The notes: generated from the sequence alone by a model not told the origin. A stretch of DNA of 64,000 nt from an uncultured Acidobacteriota bacterium (GCA_963828465.1 CAWHEU010000027.1:1-64000); one strand, 5' to 3'; positions 50,106-59,663 are shown, counted from the first letter of the stretch. Translations and numbers: made by a program.

Positions 50106-51046
50106 ACCAGGTCCTCGTCTTCGTCGAGCACCAGGAAGGGATGCCGCTCGAGACCTCCCTTCAGGCGACCACCCTGGCCGGCACCCTGGGTGACGTGTCC
50201 TCGGTGAGCGTTGGCGTATGTCATATCGGAGGCGTGGCTCGACACTTCGCGATCGAGCATCCGATGCTGTCCGACTACGCCCCGGAGGCAATCGCCACGT
50301 CTCTGGTCCAGCTGATCGGAGCCGAGTCGCCATCCGCCGTGTTCGCGTCCGGGACCGAGCGGGGCAACGAGGTGATGGCACACGTGGCCGCCCTGCTCGA
50401 CTTCCCGCTCGCAACGAATGTGACCGAAGTTCGGCCCGGCGACGAGTCCTGGGAGCTGACCCGGACACGTTGGGGTGGGAGCCTCCTCGAAGAGGCGTCA
50501 CTCACCGCGCCAGTGAAGCTGGCCACAGTGGCACCTCATGCGTTCGAAGCTTCCGACGCGTCGGGCGGCGTCGATGCAGAGACCTTTGAGCCGGACCTTC
50601 CCGAGGCCCTGGAGCGGACCCGGGTGGTGGAGCGTGTCACCATTGCCGAAGGGATCACTCTCACCACCGCCCCGGTAGTGGTCAGTGGGGGCCGGGGAGT
50701 CGGGTCGCCCGAGGGTTTCGGGATCCTCGAAGAGCTTGCAGGATTGTTGGGTGGCGCGGTCGGTTGTTCTCGGGTGGTCACCAACAACGGGTGGCGGCCC
50801 CACTCCGATCAGGTCGGTCAGACCGGAACCCGCGTCGCTCCGAATCTGTATGTCGCCTGCGGTATCTCCGGTGCGGTCCAGCATTGGGTCGGGATGATGG
50901 CCTCGAAGAACGTGCTGGCCATCAACAACGACCCCGAAGCTCCAATGGTGACCAAGGCCGACTACGCCGTGATCGGTGACCTACACCCAATCCTCGAGGC
51001 GGTGGTGGCGGAAGTGAAACGAAGGAAGGGCGTGGCCCTCTCGTAA
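50102..51046 (+). CDS. etfA: Electron transfer flavoprotein alpha subunit
   Basis: VLVFVEH, VVSGGRGVGS, GAVGCSR, QVGQTG, LYVACGISGAVQHWVGM, AINNDPEAP. Confidence 0.9.
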   Translation: MNQVLVFVEHQEGMPLETSLQATTLAGTLGDVSSVSVGVCHIGGVARHFAIEHPMLSDYAPEAIATSLVQLIGAESPSAVFASGTERGNEVMAHVAALLDFPLATNVTEVRPGDESWELTRTRWGGSLLEEASLTAPVKLATVAPHAFEASDASGGVDAETFEPDLPEALERTRVVERVTIAEGITLTTAPVVVSGGRGVGSPEGFGILEELAGLLGGAVGCSRVVTNNGWRPHSDQVGQTGTRVAPNLYVACGISGAVQHWVGMMASKNVLAINNDPEAPMVTKADYAVIGDLHPILEAVVAEVKRRKGVALS

Positions 51047-51098
51047 TTGGGAGCTAGAGGTGTCACATACGGCACTGTGGCTCTCAATTTTGTCTTGC

Positions 51099-51938
51099 CT
51101 ACCACAGCGAGCCGGCCGACACCCGCAGGTCCTCCATCGTGATCCCGCGGGCGGCGTCGCTGCAGAGGAACAGGGCGAGGGCGCCGATCTCGGTCGGGGA
51201 GATGAGACGGCCCTGGGGGTTGGTCTTCTCCACGTCGGAGATGTACTCCTCCCCGGAACGGCGCTCCTGCTTTTCGGCGATGTCGGACATCCACTCGCGG
51301 CCGAATGAGGTGTCGACCCAGGTCGGGCTGATTGCATTGCAGGTGACGCCGTGCGGGGCACCCTCGAGGGCGACACACGTGGTCAGCCCGACTACACCGG
51401 CCTTGGATGCGCAATAGGCGCCTGACGTGGCCGCACCGACCGACGCCGCTGTCGAGGCAATATTGATGATCCGGCCCCACCCTCTCTCGATCATGCCGGG
51501 CAACGCCCGCTTGATCGCCCGGTAGGTGCCGGTGAGATTGACATCGATCACCTTGTCCCACAGGGCGTCGGGATGCCCGACGATGGTTTGCTCGGCAGTG
51601 ATACCAGCGGCATTGGCCAGGATGTCGACCGGGCCAAACCGGTCGAGTGTCGCCTGATGAAATGCCTCGACCGAATCATCGGACGTGACATCGAGATTGA
51701 GGCCGAGGCACTCAACCCCTTCCCCCTCGATGACCGAGACGGCATGATCCATCTGCTCCTGCCCCGGGACGTGGACCACCTCACCTTCGGTCTTCGAGCC
51801 GGCGGAAAGGAGAGACCCGATGCTGACATTGGCACCCTGCGAGGCAAACGCCTGAGCCATTGCCAGCCCCATTCCTGACGCCCCACCGGTCACCATGGCG
51901 GTCCTGCCCGCCAGGAAGCGATCAGCCACTTCCCTCAC
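51099..51938 (-). CDS. Classical short-chain dehydrogenase/reductase (3-hydroxybutyrate dehydrogenase-like)
   Basis: TGGASGMG, ANAAG, GRIINIAS, YCASK, NAISPTWVDT. Confidence 0.82.
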   Translation of the reverse strand: MREVADRFLAGRTAMVTGGASGMGLAMAQAFASQGANVSIGSLLSAGSKTEGEVVHVPGQEQMDHAVSVIEGEGVECLGLNLDVTSDDSVEAFHQATLDRFGPVDILANAAGITAEQTIVGHPDALWDKVIDVNLTGTYRAIKRALPGMIERGWGRIINIASTAASVGAATSGAYCASKAGVVGLTTCVALEGAPHGVTCNAISPTWVDTSFGREWMSDIAEKQERRSGEEYISDVEKTNPQGRLISPTEIGALALFLCSDAARGITMEDLRVSAGSLW

Positions 51939-51957
51939 CTCCCTCTCCGATTGCTAC

Positions 51958-53418
51958 TTAGTACGGCGCCTCGACGTCGCCCATCTCCACATACACGCTC
52001 TTCACCTGCGTGTAGTGGTTGATGGTGACCAGGCTGTTCTCCCGGCCGATCCCGGACTGCTTGTAGCCGCCGAAGGGCATCTCGATCGGGGTGATGTTGT
52101 AGTTGTTGATCCAGGTCGTTCCCGCCTCGAGCCGGGCGACCACCCGATGGGCACGCTGGATGTCCTTCGTGAACACTCCCGCCGCCAGGCCATACGGAGT
52201 GTCGTTGGCCCGGGCAATGACATCGTCCTCGTCGCGGAAGCTGAGCACGGACATGACCGGGCCGAAGATCTCCTCCTGGACGATGGACATGTCGTCGGTG
52301 CAGGCATCGAACACAGTTGGCTCGACGAAGAAGCCGCCCTCCAAGGACGGGTCAGAGGGACGCTCCCCACCGATTACCACGGTCGCCCCAGCCGTCTTGC
52401 CGGCGTCGATGTAGGAGAGAACCTTGTCCATGTGGTCGCGCGAAATGAGCGCTCCGACATGGGTGTCGGGGTCCATCGGGTCGCCGATCTTCATCTTTGA
52501 GGTTCGCGTCACCAGACGGTCGAGGAACTCGTCATGGATCTCCTCGTGGACATAGACCCTGGTCCCGTTGGAGCAGATCTCACCCTGGGTGTAGAAGTTC
52601 GCCATTAGGGCGGCTGAGACCGCATTGTCGAGATCAGCGTCGTCGAAGATGATCAGAGGGCTCTTCCCACCCAACTCGAGGGTGACGTGCTTCAGCGTGG
52701 CGGCAGCATTGGCCATGACGATCTTCCCGGTACCGACCTCACCCGTCAGCGACACCTTGGCGACGTCGGGATGGGACACGAGAGCCTCCCCGGTGCGGTG
52801 GTCGCCCTGAACGACGTTGAACACGCCGTCGGGGAGTCCGGCCTCGGAGTAGATCTCGGCAAGTCTCAGTGCCGTGAGGGGGGTGAGCTCCGCCGGCTTG
52901 AACACCATCGAATTGCCGCAGGCCAGGGCAGGGGCAGACTTCCAACAGGCGATCTGAATCGGGTAGTTCCAGGCCCCGATCCCGACGCAAACACCGAGCG
53001 GCTCACGACGGGTGTAGGCCCAGGCACTGCCCAGATCGAAGGTCTCACCGTGGATGCTCGCCGCCAGGCCGGCGTAGTACTCGATGGCGTCGGCGCCGGA
53101 CAGCACATCAACCGCAATGGCCTCCTGGATCGGCTTCCCGGTGTCGAGGACCTCGAGCCGGGCCAGCTCCTCGTTGTTGTCACGAAGCAGGCCAGCAGCG
53201 CGGTTCAGGATCCGGCCCCGCTCCGCGCCAGACAACTGGCGCCAGACCTCGAATCCTTCAGCGGCGGATGCCACAGCCCGATCGACGTCGGCGGGCCCAG
53301 CATGCTGAACCTGGCAGATCTCCTCGCCAGTGGCGGGGTTGATCGTGGCAAATGTCTCCCCCGAGACGGCATCGAGACGGCCACCATCTATGTAGAGCTG
53401 CTGGGTGTCAAGACTCAT
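51958..53418 (-). CDS. betB: Betaine aldehyde dehydrogenase
   Basis: [88 protein letters not shown]. Confidence 0.9.
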   Translation of the reverse strand: MSLDTQQLYIDGGRLDAVSGETFATINPATGEEICQVQHAGPADVDRAVASAAEGFEVWRQLSGAERGRILNRAAGLLRDNNEELARLEVLDTGKPIQEAIAVDVLSGADAIEYYAGLAASIHGETFDLGSAWAYTRREPLGVCVGIGAWNYPIQIACWKSAPALACGNSMVFKPAELTPLTALRLAEIYSEAGLPDGVFNVVQGDHRTGEALVSHPDVAKVSLTGEVGTGKIVMANAAATLKHVTLELGGKSPLIIFDDADLDNAVSAALMANFYTQGEICSNGTRVYVHEEIHDEFLDRLVTRTSKMKIGDPMDPDTHVGALISRDHMDKVLSYIDAGKTAGATVVIGGERPSDPSLEGGFFVEPTVFDACTDDMSIVQEEIFGPVMSVLSFRDEDDVIARANDTPYGLAAGVFTKDIQRAHRVVARLEAGTTWINNYNITPIEMPFGGYKQSGIGRENSLVTINHYTQVKSVYVEMGDVEAPY

Positions 53419-53442
53419 CGGCGAGACGGTACTAGTGGCCGG

Positions 53443-55371
53443 TCAGTGGGCAGGAGTCGGCGGTTGAAGCCTCGCGGCCCAGGCTTGGGTCAGCCGATCG
53501 AGGATGATCGCCATCACCACGATGGCGAAACCGACCTCGAAACCCAGACCGGTCTCGCCGCGAGTCACCGCCCGAACCGTCTCGAAGCCGAGCGCTCCAC
53601 CCCCGACCAGACCAGCGATGATCACCATCGCCAGCACCATCATGATCACCTGGTTGACCGCCGCCAGGATCGTCGGAGCGGCCAGAGGGATCCTCACCCC
53701 GAACATGGTTTGGCGGCGAGTGGCACCGAAGGTCTCCGATGCCTCGACACTCTCCTCTGGCACCTCCTTGATGCCGAGGGCGGTGATCCGGATACCGGGG
53801 ACAATGGCGTAAAGAACGGCGGCGATGATGCCCGGTACCTGACCGACGGTGAAGAACAGGATCACCGGAATGATGAACACGAAAGAGGGGATGGTCTGGA
53901 GGGCGTCGAGGATCGGGGTGAGCACCTTTTCAACTCTGGGTCTGCGGCCGGCCCAGATCCCGACCGGGATGGCTATGGCAACGGAGATGAAGGCCGCAGC
54001 CAGCACCTGGACCAGGGTCTGCAGGGACAGTTCCCACATCCCGATGAGACCGACCATGAGGAGCGACGCACCGGCAAAGACGGCCAGCCCAATCCCCTTC
54101 AGCCTCCAGCAGAGGATGGCAGTCGCGGCGATGAGCACCGGCCAGGCCACAGTGACGATGAGGAAGTCACGTGCCGGGATGAGCAGCCCGGCGACGACGA
54201 AATCGTTCACAGGGCGGGTGATGAAGGAGAGATTGTCCCGGCCCCAACGCACAAAGGTGTCTACAGGGTCGAAGATCCTGACTTCCCACACCGCTGGAAA
54301 CTCGACCCAGCCCATGGCCCGCCCCACCACGATCCCCCCGCCGATCAACGCCAGCGCCGTGATCACGTAACGCCGCGATGCAGGTCGCGTCCTGTCGGCG
54401 AAGGCCAGCGACCGCCCCACCCGGTCGAGCACCATCGCCACCGCCACGATGGCCAGACCGGCGGCCAGTCCCCGCCCGGTGCGTCGCTGGTTCAGCGCCT
54501 CGAGCACTTCCTGCCCTAGCCCTCCAGCCCCGAGCAACGTAGCGAGGACGACGATGCCCAAGGCCATCATGATCGTCTGGTTGACCCCGGTCATGATGAA
54601 TGGCATGGCCATCGGCAGCTGCACTTTGAACAGCGTTTGCCGCCCCGTGGAGCCGTACATCTCCGCCGCCTCCACCGACTGACGGGGTACGCCCTGGATA
54701 CCAAGGGTGGTCAGCCTCACTGCCGGGGGCAGGGAGTAGATCACGGTTGCGATGGTGGCCGGGACGCGCCGGATGCCGAACAGGAGAACGATGGGAATGA
54801 AATAGACGGGAGCGGGGATGGTCTGCATCGCGTCGAGGACCGGTCTGATGGCACGATCTACCCGCGGCGAACGGGCCGCCCACACGCCCAATGGGATCCC
54901 GATGGCGAGTGCGATCAGGACCGCGATCGTCATCAGCGAGAGCGTCTCCATCGTGGTGTCCCAGAGGCCGACCAGCCCTGGATAGAGGGTGGCGGCCACG
55001 GCGACGAGGGCCGTTCTCCAGTCACCGGTCCTGAAGATGACGAGAAATACGGCAAGGGGGAGGACAAACCAGGGGAGCCATTTGAGGAACGTCTCGATGG
55101 TGGTGAGGCCCCAGTCGACCGCAGCTGACAGGGGTATGAAGAAGCCGGTGAAGATCGGATGGATCTGGCGGTTCTCCCGAAGCCACGTGGAGAATTGATC
55201 GACGGGGCCCGAGAAATAGGTGTCCCACAGGGCAGGGACCGTGGGCGAGGTGACCAGGACCTGGAGGAGGAGGATGCCGACGATCACGAAGATCCACCAG
55301 GCCCGGATCCGGAACCGCCCGGCTGTCTCGTCGACCAGGGCGACGTCAGCGGGTTGGAGGACGTCGGTCAT
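53443..55371 (-). CDS. proW: Quaternary amine (glycine betaine/choline) ABC transporter permease, tandem-duplicated ProW
   Basis: Two permease repeats (RPVLDAMQTIP...GVNQTIMMAL and TPILDALQTIP...AVNQVIMMVL), each with an EAA-type loop. Start MTDVLQ at 55371 is coupled to proV. Confidence 0.88.
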   Translation of the reverse strand: MTDVLQPADVALVDETAGRFRIRAWWIFVIVGILLLQVLVTSPTVPALWDTYFSGPVDQFSTWLRENRQIHPIFTGFFIPLSAAVDWGLTTIETFLKWLPWFVLPLAVFLVIFRTGDWRTALVAVAATLYPGLVGLWDTTMETLSLMTIAVLIALAIGIPLGVWAARSPRVDRAIRPVLDAMQTIPAPVYFIPIVLLFGIRRVPATIATVIYSLPPAVRLTTLGIQGVPRQSVEAAEMYGSTGRQTLFKVQLPMAMPFIMTGVNQTIMMALGIVVLATLLGAGGLGQEVLEALNQRRTGRGLAAGLAIVAVAMVLDRVGRSLAFADRTRPASRRYVITALALIGGGIVVGRAMGWVEFPAVWEVRIFDPVDTFVRWGRDNLSFITRPVNDFVVAGLLIPARDFLIVTVAWPVLIAATAILCWRLKGIGLAVFAGASLLMVGLIGMWELSLQTLVQVLAAAFISVAIAIPVGIWAGRRPRVEKVLTPILDALQTIPSFVFIIPVILFFTVGQVPGIIAAVLYAIVPGIRITALGIKEVPEESVEASETFGATRRQTMFGVRIPLAAPTILAAVNQVIMMVLAMVIIAGLVGGGALGFETVRAVTRGETGLGFEVGFAIVVMAIILDRLTQAWAARLQPPTPAH

Positions 55372-56390
55372 TGCTCGGGCTCGATCGCCTTGGCCACCGC
55401 CCGGCGATCCACCACCCCGACCTGTTTCCCGTCCTGGTCCTCCACCCAGATCTCGGTCTCGTCGTCGAGCAGGGCCGGCAGCACCGTCTCGATGGTGTCG
55501 TCGAGCCGAACCGTCCTGCCGTTGGCTGTGCCGACTCCCTCTTTGAGAACCGCCGCCGTAGTCAGCACTTTGGCCTTGGGGATCTCCTTGGTGAATTCCC
55601 GCACGTAGTCGGTGGCGGGATCGCTGATCAGTTCCGTTGCAGTGCCCACCTGGTCGAACCCGCCGTCTTTCATGATGGCGATGCGATCCCCGAGTTTGAT
55701 CGCCTCGGAGAAATCGTGGGTGATGAAGACAATGGTTCGCTGCAGCGTCTCTTGCAGTCGGATCAGCTCGTCCTGCATGTCGCGCCGGATCAGCGGGTCC
55801 AGCGCGGAAAAGGGCTCGTCGAAGAACATGATCTCCGGATCCACGGTGAGTGCCCGGGCCAGACCAACACGCTGCTGCATCCCACCGGACAACTGTTGGG
55901 GGAAGCTCTGTTCCCATCCCTTGAGTCCGACGACCTCGAGCACCTTGGTCGCCCGCTCGTAGCGCTCTGCCTTGTCGATGCCCTGCACTTCGAGGCCATA
56001 GGCGGCGTTGTCGATCACTCGCCGATGGGGGAAGAGACCGAAATGCTGGAACACCATCGACATCTTGTGCCGACGTACCTGACGCAGCTCGTCGTCGGTC
56101 ATCGCTGTCAGGTCCTCGCCGTCGAGGACGACCTTGCCCTGCGTCACGTCATTGAGACGGGAGACGCAGCGGATAAGAGTCGACTTGCCAGAGCCGGACA
56201 GGCCCATGACGACGAACGTCTCGCCTCTGGCGACCTCGAAGGAGACGTCGCGCACACCGACGGTACAGCCGGTCGCTTGCTGCACCTCCTCACGGGATGC
56301 GCCGCTCCCGGCCATCTCGATTGCCTTGTCGGGCTTAGCACCAAAGACTTTCCAGATGTGCTCGACCGACAGGCACACGTCGCCGGTCAC
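55368..56390 (-). CDS. proV: Quaternary amine ABC transporter ATPase
   Basis: GETFVVMGLSGSGKST, MVFQHFGLFPH, LSGGMQQRVGLARAL, DEPFSALDPLIRRDMQDEL. Confidence 0.92.
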   Translation of the reverse strand: MTGDVCLSVEHIWKVFGAKPDKAIEMAGSGASREEVQQATGCTVGVRDVSFEVARGETFVVMGLSGSGKSTLIRCVSRLNDVTQGKVVLDGEDLTAMTDDELRQVRRHKMSMVFQHFGLFPHRRVIDNAAYGLEVQGIDKAERYERATKVLEVVGLKGWEQSFPQQLSGGMQQRVGLARALTVDPEIMFFDEPFSALDPLIRRDMQDELIRLQETLQRTIVFITHDFSEAIKLGDRIAIMKDGGFDQVGTATELISDPATDYVREFTKEIPKAKVLTTAAVLKEGVGTANGRTVRLDDTIETVLPALLDDETEIWVEDQDGKQVGVVDRRAVAKAIEPEQ

Positions 56391-56473
56391 AGCCCCTTCG
56401 TGACAGCCACGTCGGTAATGTACCAGCGGCCCTTTCCGGCCGCGATCGTCGGCTGGCGGGCTCTAGGAGAATC

Positions 56474-57493
56474 ATGAAAAAGAGAATCTGGATCCTGATA
56501 TCGGTGATGGCACTGCTTTTGGCCGCATGCGCCGACGACGGTGGCACGGCCACCACCGCGGCCGGCGACGGTGACACGGCGACGACCGAAGCCGCCGCGG
56601 AGGGTGGAGACACCACGGCCGCGGCATCTGGTGGCGGCGAAACCATCAACATCGTTGCCAACCCTTGGACGGCCTCGGCGCTCAATGCCGAGATCGCCGC
56701 TCAGTTGATCGAGGCGGAGCTCGGTAACGACGCCGAGGTCGTCGCCATCGACGAGAACACCATGTTCACCGGCCTTTCGGATGGATCCCTCGATGTCGTG
56801 CTCGAGGTCTGGCCCTCGGGTGTGGTCGCCGAGGAGCAGGCCTTCATCGACGACGGCAGCGTTGTCGACATCGGCGAGCTCGGGGCGATCGGCAAGATCG
56901 GCTGGTTCACGCCGCAGTACGTGATCGAGGCAAACCCGGAGCTGGCCACGTGGGAGGGCTATACCGATCCCGAAGTGGCGGCGATGTTCGCCACCGCCGA
57001 GACCGGTGAAAATGGTCGCTTCTTGGGAACCGACCCCTCTTACTCCCAGTACGACGAAGCGATCATCGAGAACCTGGAGCTCCCGTTCCAGGTCGTCTTC
57101 TCCGGAAGCGAGGCGTCGACAGTCGCCGAACTCGATGCCAGAGTCGCCGCGGAGGAGCCGATCCTCATGTACTGGTGGACCCCGACCGCGGCCGTGGCCC
57201 AGTACGACCTCGTGAATGTCCTTCTGCCGGAGTACAACGAGGACTGCTACGCCGATCCGGCCGCCATCGACTGCGACTACCCCGAGGACGTGCTCACCAA
57301 GTACGCCTCGGCCCAGCTCGCCGACAAGGCGCCGAACGTGCAGTCGTTCCTCGAGAAGTTCCAGATCACTACCGAGGATCAGCTGGGCATGCTGCCTGCA
57401 GTCGAGACAGAAGGCGAGGACGCCGCCGATGTCGCGGCCCAGTGGATCGCGGACCATGAGGACGTCTGGTCGGCCTGGTTGGCGGACCAGTAG
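56474..57493 (+). CDS. proX: Glycine betaine/choline ABC substrate-binding lipoprotein
   Basis: Lipobox LLAAC, Thr/Ala tether, NPWTAS, LEVWP, GWFTP, YWWTP aromatic cage residues, CDYP. Has an AGGAG RBS. Confidence 0.85.
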   Translation: MKKRIWILISVMALLLAACADDGGTATTAAGDGDTATTEAAAEGGDTTAAASGGGETINIVANPWTASALNAEIAAQLIEAELGNDAEVVAIDENTMFTGLSDGSLDVVLEVWPSGVVAEEQAFIDDGSVVDIGELGAIGKIGWFTPQYVIEANPELATWEGYTDPEVAAMFATAETGENGRFLGTDPSYSQYDEAIIENLELPFQVVFSGSEASTVAELDARVAAEEPILMYWWTPTAAVAQYDLVNVLLPEYNEDCYADPAAIDCDYPEDVLTKYASAQLADKAPNVQSFLEKFQITTEDQLGMLPAVETEGEDAADVAAQWIADHEDVWSAWLADQ

Positions 57494-57511
57494 TCGCAAT
57501 CCTTTACGTTC

Positions 57512-57542
57512 GGGGAGACGGCCCTTCGGGGCCGTCTTCCTT
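57512..57542 (+). terminator. Intrinsic terminator hairpin after proX
   Basis: GGGGAGACGGCCC-TTCG-GGGCCGTCTTCC-TT, with a UUCG tetraloop. Confidence 0.75.
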
Positions 57543-57577
57543 GTCAGGCGACGACAACCCGCGTATCCTCCCTCGAA

Positions 57578-57635
57578 AGCGCCGATTTGATCCACAGCTT
57601 GCGGGCGCTCAAGAAATGCGGCTAAAGCGTCGGGA
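57578..57635 (+). ncRNA. SAM-II (SAM-alpha) riboswitch aptamer in the bmt leader
   Basis: P1 AGCGCC(57578-83)/GGCGCT(57604-09), conserved GATTTG loop, TTGC pairing with the 3' TGCGG, conserved AAAT...GCTAAA, and extended pseudoknot TCC-AC-GC with GC-GT-GGGA. Matches the known SAM-II H-type pseudoknot consensus and lies upstream of a methionine-synthesis gene. Confidence 0.85.
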
Positions 57636-57636
57636 T

Positions 57637-57677
57637 GGAAGAACCGCCCGGCACTCGCTGCGGCGGTTTCCTCGTTT
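57637..57677 (+). terminator. Hairpin immediately 3' of the SAM-II aptamer (candidate expression-platform terminator)
   Basis: GGAAGAACCGCC-CGGC-ACTC-GCTG-C-GGCGGTTTCC followed by TCGTTT. The SD (AGGAG) is about 20 nt further downstream. Confidence 0.5.
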
Positions 57678-57705
57678 GGGGCCGCCTTCACAACAGGAGA
57701 CGGAG

Positions 57706-58713
57706 ATGGCCCACCAACCCGACACAAACACGACGTTCACCGACCTGCTCGCCGACCACCCCTATCTGATAGCCGATGGGGCGATGGGGACGACGCTCTT
57801 CTCACTCGGCCTCGAGGGCGGAGGCTGTCCCGAGTTGCTCAACGTAGAAGAGGGCGACCTCGTCGAGAAGGTCCATCGCAGGTTCATCGAGGCCGGCGCC
57901 GACATCGTCCTCACCAATACCTTCGGCGGCAATCGGCTCCGTCTCGACCTCCACGAACTCGGCGACCGCGTCGCCGAGTTGAACCAGGCCGGCGTCGCGG
58001 TGGCAAGACGGGCCGCAGACCTGGCCGATCGCCCGGTGGCGGTCGCAGGGAGCGTCGGGCCTACCGGTGAGCTGTTCGAACCGCTCGGCACCCTGTCCCA
58101 TCAGCGCGGCGTCGAGGTGTTCACAGAGCAATGCGAAGCGTTGGCCGACGCCGGTGCGGACGTGATCTGGATCGAGACCATCTCCTCGTACGAGGAGCTC
58201 ACGGCGGCGGTCGAGGCCGCGACCGGAACCGGTCTCCCCATTGCGGCCACCCTGAGCTTCGACACCGCCGGGCACACCATGATGGGCATCCATCCCCGGG
58301 ACTTCGGTCGGTGGTGGTTGGGGCACCCGGAGGTCACCGCGATCGGGGCCAACTGCGGGATCGGCCCTGGAGACGCCGTTGCGGCGGCTCATGCCATCGG
58401 CGAGGTGGCGCCGGATGCGGTGACCATCACCAAGGCCAACTGCGGAATCCCCTTGTATCAAACAGAAGGCGGCTTGACCTACCCGATCGGACCGGAGGGG
58501 ATGGCCGACTACGTCGAGCTCGCCCTCCGCTCGGGGGGGCGGATCGTCGGTGCATGTTGCGGGTCGACTCCGGACCACACGGCCGCAATACGGGAAGCGG
58601 TCGATGGCTTCCTGGCCGCTGAGCGTCCCAGTTTCGACGAGATCCGTGATCGGCTCGACGCCTCGGTGCCGAAGGCCACGGTGGGGACCAGGCGCGAGGG
58701 CCGCCGCCGCTAG
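57706..58713 (+). CDS. bmt: Homocysteine S-methyltransferase domain protein (betaine-homocysteine methyltransferase / stand-alone MetH Hcy domain)
   Basis: IADGAMGT, VHRRFIEAGADIVLTNTFGGN, AGSVGPTG, WIETIS, Zn ligands GANCG and GACCG. AGGAG RBS before ATG 57706. Confidence 0.9.
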   Translation: MAHQPDTNTTFTDLLADHPYLIADGAMGTTLFSLGLEGGGCPELLNVEEGDLVEKVHRRFIEAGADIVLTNTFGGNRLRLDLHELGDRVAELNQAGVAVARRAADLADRPVAVAGSVGPTGELFEPLGTLSHQRGVEVFTEQCEALADAGADVIWIETISSYEELTAAVEAATGTGLPIAATLSFDTAGHTMMGIHPRDFGRWWLGHPEVTAIGANCGIGPGDAVAAAHAIGEVAPDAVTITKANCGIPLYQTEGGLTYPIGPEGMADYVELALRSGGRIVGACCGSTPDHTAAIREAVDGFLAAERPSFDEIRDRLDASVPKATVGTRREGRRR

Positions 58714-59663
58714 GTCTCCAGGTCGAGGTAGCGCATCTCGTCAGGGGTCAGTTCGACTTCTAGCGCGCCCAGCGCGCTGTGGAAGTTCTCGACCTTCGAC
58801 GGGCCGACCAGGGCGACAACGGGGTACTCCTGACCGAGGACGAAAGCGAGGGCGACCTGGAGAGCCGATGCGTTCCGTAGGTCAGCCACTTCTTCGGCCC
58901 TTCGCATCCGTTCGAAGTTGTCGTCGGAGAAAAACGCCCTGGTGCTCTCGTCCACGTCCGTGTCATCGGGCTGGAAGCGACCGCTGGCGAATCCTGCTGC
59001 CAGCGAGGTCCAGGCGAACACGGGCAGCTGGGTCTCGGCATGCCAGCGGCGGGTTTCGTCGTCGGCAAACAGCGTCCCGGGGAACTGCATCTGGACAGGG
59101 CGGGGCAGGCTCAGACCGGGCGAGGAAGCCGCGAACCCGGTGAGCCCGTGCTCGGCTGCGTATGCGTTGGCCGAAGCGATCCGCTCGACCGTCCAGTTGG
59201 AGGCGCCGAATGCAACGATACGGCCGCTCGCCTTCTCTTCGTTGAGCGCTTCCAGGAGCGGGCCGGGAGGAACCGTCTCGTCGTCCCGGTGCAGCAGGTA
59301 CAGGTCGACGTTGTCGGTCCCGAGCCTCTCGAGGCTCTCGCTCAGGTCGGAATGGATCGCCTCCGCATTGACCCGGGGCGGGCCAAACCGCCCGGCCTCG
59401 TCCACACGTGGGTGGCATCCTTTGGTGACGAGGACGATGTCATCACGTCGACCTGAGTGCCCGAGCCACCGGCCCAGAGCCTTCTCGCTCTCGCCGAAAC
59501 CATAGATGTGGGCGGTGTCGATGCAGTTCCCGCCGACGGCGAGGTAAGCGTCGATCAGCTCGGCGACCGTGTCATCTCCGGCAGGGGTGAAGATCTTGGA
59601 TGTTGTGCCCAGACCGATGACCGAAACGGGGCGCTCGATGCCGGCTATCTCGATGTATCGCAT
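58710..59663 (-). CDS. Aldo/keto reductase
   Basis: SVIGLGT, IDTAHIYG, LVTKG, SLERLGTDNVDLYLLHRD, FGASNW. Confidence 0.9.
   Translation of the reverse strand: MRYIEIAGIERPVSVIGLGTTSKIFTPAGDDTVAELIDAYLAVGGNCIDTAHIYGFGESEKALGRWLGHSGRRDDIVLVTKGCHPRVDEAGRFGPPRVNAEAIHSDLSESLERLGTDNVDLYLLHRDDETVPPGPLLEALNEEKASGRIVAFGASNWTVERIASANAYAAEHGLTGFAASSPGLSLPRPVQMQFPGTLFADDETRRWHAETQLPVFAWTSLAAGFASGRFQPDDTDVDESTRAFFSDDNFERMRRAEEVADLRNASALQVALAFVLGQEYPVVALVGPSKVENFHSALGALEVELTPDEMRYLDLET

Noticed and set aside
52687-54519. Long antisense ORFs (this 610-aa one, also 613..1881, 31023..32240, 40756..42069, 43538..44833, 56387..57727)
   Set aside because: These are typical high-GC shadow frames opposite well-supported genes, with no recognisable motifs.
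55372-55917. Extension making an 824-aa proW ORF
   Set aside because: It is an off-frame overlap with proV. The real start at 55371 overlaps the proV stop.
57541-57705. 55-codon N-terminal extension of bmt in the ORF track
   Set aside because: The region is occupied by the SAM-II aptamer and hairpin, an AGGAG precedes ATG 57706, and family similarity starts there.
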